Below, in pieces: positions 18,396-27,636 of a stretch of DNA of 64,000 bases. The notes under the pieces are model-generated. The model was not told the origin of the DNA and did no database searches. It was given only the letters and a program-made list of their open reading frames with translations. Both the position numbers and the translations under genes were made by a program. Origin of the DNA: an uncultured Coriobacteriaceae bacterium (lineage in GTDB: Bacteria > Actinomycetota > Coriobacteriia > Anaerosomatales > Anaerosomataceae); the NCBI GenBank assembly GCA_964610065.1, contig CAZSUO010000001.1:2874-66873 (forward strand), in the 5' to 3' direction. Position 1 is the first letter of the stretch; each line of letters opens with the position of its first letter.

Positions 18396-19903
18396 GCACG
18401 TTCTCGACCGCAGGAGGGTCCACTGAGGTCTCCATGCAAGAACCGCTGACCGGCACGCTCATCTTCGAGCGCGGCGCCGCGGAGTCGCGCTGCGTCGAGG
18501 CGCCGCCGCTCGACGTTCCCGCGATCTCGCTCGACGGAGTCCTGGGCGGCCGGGCGCGCACCGCGCCTCCAGCCCTTCCGCATGTGACCGAGGTGGACAT
18601 CGCACGGCACTACGAGCAGCTCGCGCGCGCGAACTTCGGGGTCGACAGCGGCTTCTACCCGCTCGGCAGCTGCACCATGAAGTACAACCCCAAGATCGAC
18701 GAGCACACATGCCGGCTGCCCGGTTTCGCGCGCGTACACCCGTATCAGCCCGAGGAGACCGTGCAGGGCGCCCTCGAGCTCATGTGGGGGCTGCAAGAAG
18801 CGCTTGCCGAGGTGGCTGGCCTGCCGGCGGTCACGCTGCAGCCGGCCGCGGGCGCACATGGGGAGCTCACGGCGCTGCTCACCATACGTGCGTTCCACAC
18901 GGCCAACGGTGACGCGCGCACCAAGGTGCTCGTGCCCGACTCGGCGCATGGGACCAACCCCGCGACCGTGGCCATGTGCGGCTACCAGGTCGTTCAGATC
19001 CCGAGTGATGACCGCGGGGGCGTGGATCTCGAAGCCCTGCGCTCGGCGCTCGACACCGATGTGGCCGCCCTCATGCTCACCAACCCGAACACCGTCGGGT
19101 TGTTCGACGAGAACATCATGGAGATAACGGCGGCGGTCCATGCGGTGGGTGCGCTCGCATACTGCGATGGCGCCAACCTGAACGCGATCATGGGCAAGAG
19201 CCGCCCGGGCGACATGGGCTTCGATGCGATGCACATCAACCTGCACAAGACGTTCGCGACCCCGCACGGCGGCGGCGGCCCCGGTGCGGGCCCTGTCGCG
19301 GTCACAGAAGCGCTTGCCCCGTACCTTCCCGGACCGTTGGTCTCCCGCGAAGGCGAGGTATTCGCCCTCGTGACGCCTGAGCGATCGATCGGACGCGTAC
19401 GCTCGTTCGTGGGCAACTTCGGCGTGCTCGTGCGGGCGTACACCTACATCCGCGCCGTTGGTGGTGAGGGGCTGCGTGAGATATCCGAGCAGGCGGTGCT
19501 TTCGGCGAACTACCTGAAGGCGCTCCTTGAGGACACCTGGCCGGTGGCGTTCGACCGCACCTGCATGCATGAGTTCGTGATGTCGGGCGGCCCGCTGCGC
19601 AAGGCGACCGGCGTGCGCACGCTGGATGTCGCGAAGCGCCTGCTCGACTACGGCATCCATCCGCCAACGGTCTACTTCCCGTTGATCGTCGAGGAAGCCC
19701 TGATGGTCGAGCCCACAGAGACCGAAAGCAAGGCGACCCTTGACCGGTTCGCTGCGGTGCTCAGGCGGATCGCAGACGAGGCCCGGACGGATCCCGACCT
19801 CCTGCACGGGGCGCCATACACCACGCCGGTGCGACGCCTGGACGAGGCGGCCGCGGTGAAGAACGCGGACCTCGCCTGGAGGCCGGAGGACGTGGAGGCG
19901 TAA
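18392..19903 (+). CDS. gcvPB: Glycine dehydrogenase subunit 2
   Basis: PLGSCTMKYNP, HGTNPAT, NLHKTFATPHGGGGPG; start 18392 (GTG) or 18434 (ATG). Confidence 0.96.
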   Translation: MSTFSTAGGSTEVSMQEPLTGTLIFERGAAESRCVEAPPLDVPAISLDGVLGGRARTAPPALPHVTEVDIARHYEQLARANFGVDSGFYPLGSCTMKYNPKIDEHTCRLPGFARVHPYQPEETVQGALELMWGLQEALAEVAGLPAVTLQPAAGAHGELTALLTIRAFHTANGDARTKVLVPDSAHGTNPATVAMCGYQVVQIPSDDRGGVDLEALRSALDTDVAALMLTNPNTVGLFDENIMEITAAVHAVGALAYCDGANLNAIMGKSRPGDMGFDAMHINLHKTFATPHGGGGPGAGPVAVTEALAPYLPGPLVSREGEVFALVTPERSIGRVRSFVGNFGVLVRAYTYIRAVGGEGLREISEQAVLSANYLKALLEDTWPVAFDRTCMHEFVMSGGPLRKATGVRTLDVAKRLLDYGIHPPTVYFPLIVEEALMVEPTETESKATLDRFAAVLRRIADEARTDPDLLHGAPYTTPVRRLDEAAAVKNADLAWRPEDVEA

Positions 19904-19909
19904 GCGCGG

Positions 19910-20671
19910 GTGCAGCAGTGGCGTGTGATCATCGATGATGCGGCGGACGGCCCGTGGAACATGGCGGTCGACCGGGCCGTCCTCGCCGCGCATGCCGAAG
20001 GTGACGCTCCGCCCACTCTGCGGTTGTACCGGTGGCAGCCGGCGACCGTGTCCCTCGGACGTTTCCAGAAGCTCGCCGATATCGATGTCGACTACTGCGT
20101 CAGCACCGGGATCGGGATCTGCCGGCGGCCGACGGGCGGCAGGGGCGTGCTGCACGCCGATGAGGTCACGTACTCGATCGTCGCGGGTGTGAGGGACGGG
20201 CTGCCGCGTGGTGTGCGGGACAGCTACCGGTTCCTCTCGACCGCACTCGCCGAGGCGTACCGCACGCTCGGCGTGGACGCCGCGCTCACCTCGCGGGACC
20301 GTGGGACCCGCAGCGGCGCGTGCTATCTGCATGCCACGGCCGCCGACCTGTCGCTTGGAGCTGCGAAGCTGTCGGGAAGCGCGCAGGTGTGGGAGCGCGA
20401 CAGCTGCCTGCAGCACGGGTCGTTCGTGCTATCGCGAGACCTCGACCGGGAGGCGCGGGTGTTCGCGCTCGATGCGGATGCTGCGGATGCGCTGTCAAGA
20501 ACCGCCACGACGATCTCCCAGGCGCTCGGATGGCGACCGTGCGGTGATGCCGTCATCACCGCGGTCCGCGAGGGTGTGGCCCGTTCGCTCGGCGTCACGC
20601 TGACTCGGGGTTCGCTCATCCACAGTGAGCGCGAAGAGGCGATGCGACTGAGGGCGGAGTTCTGCGTGTAG
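19910..20671 (+). CDS. Lipoate-protein ligase / octanoyltransferase (LipM-like)
   Basis: NMAVDRA, PTLRLY, RRPTGGRGVLH, KLSGSAQ, LQHGS. Confidence 0.88.
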   Translation: MQQWRVIIDDAADGPWNMAVDRAVLAAHAEGDAPPTLRLYRWQPATVSLGRFQKLADIDVDYCVSTGIGICRRPTGGRGVLHADEVTYSIVAGVRDGLPRGVRDSYRFLSTALAEAYRTLGVDAALTSRDRGTRSGACYLHATAADLSLGAAKLSGSAQVWERDSCLQHGSFVLSRDLDREARVFALDADAADALSRTATTISQALGWRPCGDAVITAVREGVARSLGVTLTRGSLIHSEREEAMRLRAEFCV

Positions 20672-20793
20672 CTGCCTGGCACGCTGGCGTACACGACCTG
20701 GAGTTCGAGTCGAGGTACAGCTCATGATGTCGCTGCCGTCTGCTACAATCTGCTCGAGCCATACTCGGCACTGCGGATGGTGGAGGTGGACCG

Positions 20794-21114
20794 GTGGGGG
20801 ACAAGCATGCATCCGACGACGCACTGCTCAATCTGAGTGATCGTACCGTTGATGAGCTGCGTGAACTCCTCGACGAGCTGTACGAAGAGGAGCAGAAGGT
20901 CAGCTACCGCCGACGTGTACTCCACGGAAAGATCGACATCCTGAGGGCTGAGCTCGTGCGTCGGTTGAAAGATGACCGGACGCACGGAAAGGGTGTCGTG
21001 TCGGGCAATGACATCGATAGGCTCATCGAGATCCTGGCGAATGATCTTCGTGGCGTCTCCCGCTACGATGTGACCGACGACGATGTGTATGACGATGAAG
21101 ATCTGGACGAGTAA
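20794..21114 (+). CDS. rsiG: RsiG/AmfC-like c-di-GMP-binding anti-sigma factor, single motif
   Basis: E-QKV-S-YR-R-RVL-H-GKI-D matches E(x3)S(x2)R(x3)Q(x3)D with Q>H; own extended -10 TGcTACAAT at 20741-20749. Confidence 0.7.
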   Translation: MGDKHASDDALLNLSDRTVDELRELLDELYEEEQKVSYRRRVLHGKIDILRAELVRRLKDDRTHGKGVVSGNDIDRLIEILANDLRGVSRYDVTDDDVYDDEDLDE

Positions 21115-21155
21115 GGCCGGGAGGCTCGACCCCCGGCCCACTGAAGGAGGCCCGC

Positions 21156-21416
21156 GTGGCGAGTGTTGCTGACAAGATCCATGAGTTCCTGAATGAGATC
21201 TCGATCGATGGTGTCGAAGAGCGTGTGGTCGAGTACGTGATCCGTGAGGTGAACAGCGGCCGCAGACTGACAGACGCTCTCGCGGACCCGTACGTCAAGA
21301 ACCGCCTGAGCGAAGAGCGGCTTGTGAAGGTGCTCGAGAACCCCGAGGTGCTGTCCGCTCTCGAGGTGCAGATCGCGGAGTCGTTCAAGACCCAGGAGTT
21401 CGGCCTGCTCGACTAG
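21156..21416 (+). CDS. Small acidic helical hypothetical protein
   Basis: Strong SD AAGGAGG, coding-like codon usage, lies in operon context. Confidence 0.75.
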   Translation: MASVADKIHEFLNEISIDGVEERVVEYVIREVNSGRRLTDALADPYVKNRLSEERLVKVLENPEVLSALEVQIAESFKTQEFGLLD

Positions 21417-21458
21417 AGCAATGTCTGCTCCCTGGTGTTCCCGGCAGGAGTGGTGACG

Positions 21459-21911
21459 ATGGACCAGTGCCCGGAGTGTGGCGCCGCGGTCATGCCGCAT
21501 GATGCGGAGTGCCCGGCGTGCGGGACGCGGCTTGAGGGCGCGACGGCTTCATTCGAAGCTGTCGGTGAGCCGTCTGCACCGGTGTACGTGGCCGATGTCG
21601 GTGTGAGCGAGGTGCCGGTCCTGATAGTCCGCAAGGGCGCGGAAGTAGGGGAGCGGTTCTATCTCGAGCGGTCCGATATCACGATCGGCCGGGACCCGGA
21701 GAGCGACATATTCCTGAACGACGTCACGGTCTCGCGCGTGCACGCCCGTCTCCATATCGAGGACGACGTCGTCGCGATCACCGATGCCGGGTCTCTCAAC
21801 GGCACGTACGTCAACGACGAAGTGGTTGATCAAGCACGTCTGGTGAGCGGCGACACCGTGCAGGTAGGCCGGTTCCAGATGGTCTTCGTGTCCGGAGGGG
21901 GTCCCGCGTAG
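21459..21911 (+). CDS. Zinc-ribbon plus FHA domain protein (GarA/OdhI-like)
   Basis: CPECG...CPACG; IGRDPESDIFLNDVTVSRVH, GSLNGTYVN; linker ATASF resembles the GarA phospho-Thr site. Confidence 0.88.
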   Translation: MDQCPECGAAVMPHDAECPACGTRLEGATASFEAVGEPSAPVYVADVGVSEVPVLIVRKGAEVGERFYLERSDITIGRDPESDIFLNDVTVSRVHARLHIEDDVVAITDAGSLNGTYVNDEVVDQARLVSGDTVQVGRFQMVFVSGGGPA

Positions 21912-22622
21912 ATGGCCCCGCGAGTGCGCGACTACATGACCATCGGAGAGGTGGTGGAAAGCCTCTCCGACACGTACAGCGACCTCACCATCTCCAAGGT
22001 CCGGTACCTGGAGGATGAGCGCCTCATCTCGCCCGAGCGGACACCCGGCGGGTATCGCAAGTATCGCCCGGCCGACGTGCAGCGGCTCGAGTTGGTGCTC
22101 CGGTTGCAGAAGGACCACTTCATGCCGCTCGCGGTCATCCGCGAGAAGCTTGATGAGCTTGATCGGGGCAAGGTCCCCTCGGAGCTGCGACCCACCATCG
22201 AGCAGTCCGAGCCGATGGCACTCCCGTTCGAGGAGGCCGAGACCGTGCCTGTCGAGCGTGCACAGGAGGTCCTCGGCCTTCCGTCTGTGTTCATTCGTGA
22301 GCTCGACTCGTTCGGTATCGTGTCGCTGGTGAGGGGGCCATCCGGCGATGAGCTGGCGGGCCCTGATGTCGCCATCGCCCACACCTGCTGGGACCTGCGC
22401 AGATTCGGCATCGAGCCACGACACCTGCGAATGTACGAAGCGTTCGCCGAGCGTGAGGCGACGTTCTTCCAGCAGATCCTCATGCCCGCGATGCGTCATC
22501 GCACCCCCGAGGCGCGCCAGAAGCTGATGGTGACCCTCGGTGAGCTGACGCGGGGCTCCGGTGCGCTCAAGGAGCACATGCTGCGTCGCGCTGTCGGCCG
22601 ACTCTTCGAGGATGCCAACTGA
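21912..22622 (+). CDS. MerR-family regulator (Rv1828/FtsR-like)
   Basis: TIGEV...LTISKVRYLE...PERTPGGYRKY; FGIEPRHLR; follows the FHA gene as in Actinomycetia. Confidence 0.88.
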   Translation: MAPRVRDYMTIGEVVESLSDTYSDLTISKVRYLEDERLISPERTPGGYRKYRPADVQRLELVLRLQKDHFMPLAVIREKLDELDRGKVPSELRPTIEQSEPMALPFEEAETVPVERAQEVLGLPSVFIRELDSFGIVSLVRGPSGDELAGPDVAIAHTCWDLRRFGIEPRHLRMYEAFAEREATFFQQILMPAMRHRTPEARQKLMVTLGELTRGSGALKEHMLRRAVGRLFEDAN

Positions 22623-22626
22623 CTCC

Positions 22627-23094
22627 ATGAGCGACGAACGCCTTGATGAGTTCGAGAGCGGGCTTCCCGTATCGGAGCGCGTAGCCTCCACGTCGTTCGC
22701 GCATCCGAGCGAGCGCGTCGCCGCGCAGATTCTGGACTTCTACCGCATCCCCTGGGAGTACGAACCCACCACGTTCCCGCTCGAATGGGATCGTCACGGG
22801 ATGGTGCTCGCGTCGTTCTCGCCGGACTTCTACCTCCCCGAGTTCGACCTGTACATCGAGCTGACCACGATGAGCCAGAAGCTGGTGACCAAGAAGAACC
22901 GCAAGGTGCGCCGGCTGAAGGAACTGTACCCTGATGTGAACATCAAGATCCTGTACCAGAAGGACTTCCGGAAACTGCTGTTCAAGTACGGCATCCCCGT
23001 GCGGGAGCGCGATCACGCCGAGGGCGGCGGTCTCGATGCCGGTACCGCGCAGGACTCGACCCCGGACGCCGACGGTGCTGGTGACACCGCATGA
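22627..23094 (+). CDS. PD-(D/E)XK-like nuclease-fold protein
   Basis: SE..A..LD...WEYEP..F...FSPDFYLPEFDLYIELTT; ATGA overlap with hpt. Confidence 0.65.
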   Translation: MSDERLDEFESGLPVSERVASTSFAHPSERVAAQILDFYRIPWEYEPTTFPLEWDRHGMVLASFSPDFYLPEFDLYIELTTMSQKLVTKKNRKVRRLKELYPDVNIKILYQKDFRKLLFKYGIPVRERDHAEGGGLDAGTAQDSTPDADGAGDTA

Positions 23095-23642
23095 GCGACA
23101 CGTTCCCCGATCCGCGGATCGACCGGGTGCTGTACAGCTCGGAGGACATCCAGGCGGCGGTGCGGCGGATCGGTGCGGAGATAACCGCTGATTACGCTGA
23201 TCGCGCGCTCACGCTCGTGACCGTCCTCAAGGGCGGCACCATGTTCCTGGCAGACCTGTGCCGGGCGATCGAGTTGCCGCTCACCATCGACTTCATGGCG
23301 ATCTCCGCGTACGGCCCCGATGCCGAGGGGTCGGTGCGGATCACCAAGGACCTCGACGACCCGATCGAGGGCAGGGACGTGCTCGTGGTGGAGGACATCA
23401 TCGACACCGGGCTCACCCTGGCGTATCTGCTGCGTGTGCTCCGGCAGCGCCGCCCGGCGAGCGTGTCGGTCTGTACGCTGCTCGACAAGGACGCCCGACG
23501 GCTGGCGGACCTGCCCATCGAGTACCGTGGCTTCTCCGTGCCCGACCGTTTCCTCGTGGGATACGGACTCGATCTCGATGGTCTGTGGCGCACCCTCCCG
23601 TATGTGGCCACACTGCATGACGATATCTGGGAGGCCGAGTGA
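23091..23642 (+). CDS. hpt: Hypoxanthine phosphoribosyltransferase
   Basis: VLKGG, VVEDIIDTGLTL PRPP motif, LLDK, FLVGYGLD. Confidence 0.95.
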   Translation: MSDTFPDPRIDRVLYSSEDIQAAVRRIGAEITADYADRALTLVTVLKGGTMFLADLCRAIELPLTIDFMAISAYGPDAEGSVRITKDLDDPIEGRDVLVVEDIIDTGLTLAYLLRVLRQRRPASVSVCTLLDKDARRLADLPIEYRGFSVPDRFLVGYGLDLDGLWRTLPYVATLHDDIWEAE

Positions 23643-24619
23643 GGCGGGCGCTCACAGCCGCAGCGCTGCTGCTCGGGGTGCTGATCACCGGCACGGTCGG
23701 CTACATGCTCATCGAGGGTTGGACGTTCCTCAACAGCCTGTACATGACGGTCATCACGGTCACTACTGTCGGGTTCAGGGAGGTCGCGCAGCCCTCTTCC
23801 GCCGGGCAGGTGTTCACCATCGCGCTGATCTTCGCGGGTGTCGGCGGCATCGCATACTCGGTGGGCGTGCTCGCCGAGTTCATGATCGAGGGGCAGCTCA
23901 CGGAGCTCGTGGAGGGACGTCGCATGGCCAAGCGCATCGAGGAACTGTCGGGTCACTACATCGTTGCGGGCATGGGGCGCGTCGGGTCCGTGGTGTGCAC
24001 GACCCTTGCCGAACAAGGGGTCCCCTTCGTGGTGATCGATCGCTGCGATGACTGTGAGGTGGAGGCACTCGAGCACGGATGGCTCTATCTGAGTGGCGAT
24101 GCCACAGCCGAGGACACACTCGAGTCCGCGGGCATCGTGCGGGCCAAGGGTCTTGTCACCGCGCTCGATACCGACGCCGACAACCTGTTCGTGGCCATGA
24201 CGGCGCGTGGTATGAACGCGGACCTCTTCATCGTGGCCAGGTCCTCCACGGTATCGTCCGAGGCCAAGATCCTTCGCGCGGGCGCCGATCGTGTGGTCAC
24301 TCCCAATGTCATCGGCGGCCGCCGTATGGCGTCGAGCGTCATCGATCCCTTCGTGAGTGACTACCTGGAGCTGGTCAGTCACAGCGAGGGCGTCGAGTTC
24401 AGGCTCGACACTTTCCAAGTCACGGAGCGATCTTCGCTCGCCGGGCGCTCGATCAGAGAGGCCCGGGTGCGCGACGTCACCGGCGCCTACATCATGGCTG
24501 TGGCCCATGAGGGCGTCACCGACAGCCATCCGTCCGCAGGCCACGTGCTGCAGGCGGGTGACCATCTCGTGGCCTTCGGCACGCGTGCGCAGCTTGACGC
24601 GCTGGGCGCTCTGCTGTGA
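23639..24619 (+). CDS. Potassium channel protein (2-TM pore plus TrkA/RCK domains)
   Basis: TVTTVGF selectivity filter; GMGRVG Rossmann motif; GDAT. Confidence 0.9.
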   Translation: MRRALTAAALLLGVLITGTVGYMLIEGWTFLNSLYMTVITVTTVGFREVAQPSSAGQVFTIALIFAGVGGIAYSVGVLAEFMIEGQLTELVEGRRMAKRIEELSGHYIVAGMGRVGSVVCTTLAEQGVPFVVIDRCDDCEVEALEHGWLYLSGDATAEDTLESAGIVRAKGLVTALDTDADNLFVAMTARGMNADLFIVARSSTVSSEAKILRAGADRVVTPNVIGGRRMASSVIDPFVSDYLELVSHSEGVEFRLDTFQVTERSSLAGRSIREARVRDVTGAYIMAVAHEGVTDSHPSAGHVLQAGDHLVAFGTRAQLDALGALL

Positions 24620-24686
24620 TACCGTTCGTCTGTCGAAACCGGCTGCTCCGATCCGGAGCGCCGTTACTGAGAGTAAGGAGTCAGGC

Positions 24687-25202
24687 GTGAACCTCGAGGA
24701 GTACATCAGAGACATCAAGGACTTCCCCAAGGAAGGCATCGTCTTCAAGGACATCACCCCGCTGCTGGCGAGCCCCGAGGGCTTCAAGGGCGCAATCGAC
24801 ACGATCGCTTCCGAGTACGCCGATGCTGGCATCACAAAGGTCATGGGCGCCGAGGCGCGCGGGTTCATCTTCGGCGGGGCCCTGGCCTACAACCTCGGTG
24901 CGGGCTTCGTGCCGGCACGCAAGCCCGGCAAGCTGCCGTGGAACACGACCTCGCACAGCTACGCGCTCGAGTACGGCACGGACTCGCTCGAGGTCCACAC
25001 CGACGCCCTTGTCGAGGGTGACGTGGTCCTGATCGTTGACGACGTTCTCGCGACGGGTGGTACCGCGGCGGCCAAGGCGGCCCTCGTGGAGAAGATGGGT
25101 GCGAAGGTCGCGGGATTCGCTTTCCTGCTCGAGCTCGACTTCCTCGGTGGCCGGGAGAAGCTGGGCGAGCCCAAGATCGTCACGCTCATCCACGTCAGCT
25201 AG
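24687..25202 (+). CDS. apt: Adenine phosphoribosyltransferase
   Basis: DFPKEGIVFKDITP, EARGF, RKPGKLP, LEYG, VDDVLATGGT. Confidence 0.96.
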   Translation: MNLEEYIRDIKDFPKEGIVFKDITPLLASPEGFKGAIDTIASEYADAGITKVMGAEARGFIFGGALAYNLGAGFVPARKPGKLPWNTTSHSYALEYGTDSLEVHTDALVEGDVVLIVDDVLATGGTAAAKAALVEKMGAKVAGFAFLLELDFLGGREKLGEPKIVTLIHVS

Positions 25203-25217
25203 CGGGTCCCATCGGTC

Positions 25218-26339
25218 CTACTCGGCGGCGGTGACGACCTCCACCTGGACCGACTGCACACCAGAGAATCCAAGCGCCTCGGCCGCGGCCTTCGAGAGAT
25301 CGAGGTCGCGGCCTGCTATGAACGGACCCCGGTCGTTCACGTACACGATGACCTTGCGCGACCCCCGGGTGAGGGCAAGCACGGTGCCGAAGGGGAGCGT
25401 GCGCGAAGCGCAGGTGAGGTCGTTCTGGTTGAACACCTGGCCTGAGGCGGTCTTCCGGCCGTGGAAGCCCGGACCGTACCAGCTGCAGACCGCGCTGTAC
25501 GTCTCGCCTGTGGAGCGGTACACGCGCGGCATATACGCAGAGACGAGGTACTGCACTCCGGGGTGCGTGTCGACCGTGGCCGTGGCGAACTCTATCTCGG
25601 TGCCTTCCGGCACGGACGCCGCCTCCCACTGCTCCCTGGCCGCTGCCTCGGCGGCCCGGACGCGGTCCAGGGCCTCGCGCTCCTCGGCGGTCAGCGTGGC
25701 GATGGACGTCTGCTGTTCGGCGAGAAGCGCCGTGAGGCGCTCGTGCCGGGTGTCCTGCTCGGCTCGGAGCGCCTTGTCCTGGGCAAGCAGCTCCTCGAGT
25801 TGTCCTTGCTGGTACCTGGCGTCGGCAGCGGCGACGTTGAGGTCCGCAACAACCAGCCTGTCCTCATCCGCTATGCGCGAGAGCGCGTCGGCGCGTGCCA
25901 CGAGTTCCGGAAGCGAGTCCGCGTTGAGCAGGACGCTGATCGGGTCGAACCGGCCGCGCTTGTAGACCTCGATGAGGTGCGAGCGGAAGCGGGACTCCGC
26001 CTCGGCATGGATACGCTCGGCTTCGGCCACGGCTGCCCGCTGCTCGGTGATGCGCTCGTTGGTGACAGTGAGCCGTGAGTCCAGCGCGCGCTGATCGGCC
26101 TCAAGCGCGTCTATCTCGTCCTGGATCTGAACCGCTCGTGCCGTGGCCGCGTCCAGCTCGGCTCTGATCTCCGCAACATCGTCGGAGGGCCTCGCGATGG
26201 GTGGGGAAGGAGTGCCGGCGGTGGTATCCCCGGGTGCCGCCATGGCCATTCGGGCGGACATGGCGCTGCCCCCGCACGCGATGACCGCCGCAAGCGAGAG
26301 CGCACAAGACCCACGGACGAACATGGCCAACGAACGCAT
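25218..26339 (-). CDS. Secreted coiled-coil (PcsB/CwlO-like) protein with C-terminal RlpA-like DPBB lytic transglycosylase domain
   Basis: CSWYGPGFHGRKTASG, SRTLPFGT, VNDRGPF, DLSKAAA; coiled coil with LLNADSLPELVAR linker. Confidence 0.85.
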   Translation of the reverse strand: MRSLAMFVRGSCALSLAAVIACGGSAMSARMAMAAPGDTTAGTPSPPIARPSDDVAEIRAELDAATARAVQIQDEIDALEADQRALDSRLTVTNERITEQRAAVAEAERIHAEAESRFRSHLIEVYKRGRFDPISVLLNADSLPELVARADALSRIADEDRLVVADLNVAAADARYQQGQLEELLAQDKALRAEQDTRHERLTALLAEQQTSIATLTAEEREALDRVRAAEAAAREQWEAASVPEGTEIEFATATVDTHPGVQYLVSAYMPRVYRSTGETYSAVCSWYGPGFHGRKTASGQVFNQNDLTCASRTLPFGTVLALTRGSRKVIVYVNDRGPFIAGRDLDLSKAAAEALGFSGVQSVQVEVVTAAE

Positions 26340-26372
26340 CGAGCTCCGACCGCCGGGAACCGTACACACCGT

Positions 26373-26408
26373 ACTGTACCAAACCGGGGGGCCGTGGCGT
26401 GCTATACT
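26373..26408. promoter_or_regulatory. Back-to-back extended -10 promoters for the divergent hydrolase genes
   Basis: Minus strand TGgTACAGT (-10 at 26378-26373); plus strand TGcTATACT (-10 at 26403-26408). Confidence 0.55.
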
Positions 26409-26481
26409 GTCTTCGTGGATCGATGGCGGCGCATCGTCCATGACCTCTCGACGTACTACGCAGACGCAGCTCGGAGGTACC

Positions 26482-27636
26482 ATGTCATTCGCCAGCGGAC
26501 GTCCGGTTCGCATCACCGCGGCCATACTCGTGGCCGCCCTCCTTATGATCGGCGCTCGACCAGCGGTTGCCGTTCCCTCTACTCCCGAGATATCGGAAAA
26601 GCAGGCGGAGGCGGCGTCAGCGCAGTCGGCGTTGGATCGCATGCGTGCGGATCTTGAAGTGAAGATCGAGGAGTACAACGCGATCACCGAGGCGCTTGAC
26701 GTCACCAATGCGCAGATCGTTGAGACCGCGTCGGAATTCGAAGACGCCACCGCGTTGCTGCGTGAGTCCCAGGAGCGGCTCGCAGAGCGCGCAGCCCACA
26801 TCTACAAGCATGGTGGCATCGGTGTGCTTGACGTCTTCCTCGGCGTGCGCAGCTTCGATGACCTGGTGAGCAGGGTCGATCTGCTTCGTCGTATCAACAC
26901 CTCCGATGCCGAGACCGTGGCGGCCGTGAGGACTGCGAGGTCGAAGGTCGAGCAGACGGCGAACACCCTGGAGCAGCGCAGAGCCGAGCAGGTCGCACTG
27001 CAGTCCGAGGCCGAGGGGCGCGCCAGGGCCATTGAGAGCGAGGTCGCGGCACAGGAGCGCTATGTGGCGCAACTGAGCGCGGACGTGCAGCAGCTCATCG
27101 CCGAGGAGGAGGAACGCGAGCGCGTCTTGGCCGAAGAACGGGCGCGAGCCGCAGCCGAGGCCGCCCGTCGAGCAGCCCAGCCCGGTAGTGGCACTCCTGC
27201 TGACAGAGCGCCCGGGGCGGAGCGCCCGGCCACCGACCCCGAGGATCTCCCCGCGGCACGCGGCAGCGTGGTGGAGATCGCACTGCGGTATCTTGGCGTG
27301 CCATATGTCTACGGCGGCTCGACACCCGCAGGGTTCGACTGTTCCGGTCTGATGCAGTACGTGTACCGGCAGGTCGGCGTTTCGCTGCCGCGCACCAGCC
27401 GCGCCCAATATGGCGTGGGGCAGCACATCGCGGCCGACCGTCCGGACCTGCTCCAGCCCGGGGACCTCGTCTTCTTCGGCACGAACGGCGATCCTTCACG
27501 GGTACACCACGTCGGGATGTACGTTGGTGACGGCAACTACATCCATGCGCCGTACACGGGCACCGTGGTGCGCATCAACTCGCTCACCTCCCGCATCCAG
27601 CGCAGCGGGGACTACGTGGGCGCCTCGCGTATCTGA
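26482..27636 (+). CDS. Coiled-coil plus NlpC/P60 peptidoglycan endopeptidase (CwlO/RipC-like)
   Basis: SD GGAGG; signal peptide; YLGVPYVYGG, FDCSG, PGDLVFF, HVGMY, IHA. Confidence 0.93.
   Translation: MSFASGRPVRITAAILVAALLMIGARPAVAVPSTPEISEKQAEAASAQSALDRMRADLEVKIEEYNAITEALDVTNAQIVETASEFEDATALLRESQERLAERAAHIYKHGGIGVLDVFLGVRSFDDLVSRVDLLRRINTSDAETVAAVRTARSKVEQTANTLEQRRAEQVALQSEAEGRARAIESEVAAQERYVAQLSADVQQLIAEEEERERVLAEERARAAAEAARRAAQPGSGTPADRAPGAERPATDPEDLPAARGSVVEIALRYLGVPYVYGGSTPAGFDCSGLMQYVYRQVGVSLPRTSRAQYGVGQHIAADRPDLLQPGDLVFFGTNGDPSRVHHVGMYVGDGNYIHAPYTGTVVRINSLTSRIQRSGDYVGASRI

Noticed and set aside
18140..20416. Long antisense or alternate-frame ORFs (also 3832-5631, 23192-24868, 49628-51697 and others)
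   Set aside because: Shadow ORFs opposite well-supported genes in high-GC DNA; Arg/Ala-rich with no motifs
26409..26481. c-di-AMP (ydaO) riboswitch before the NlpC/P60 gene
   Set aside because: Leader too short and no consensus motifs
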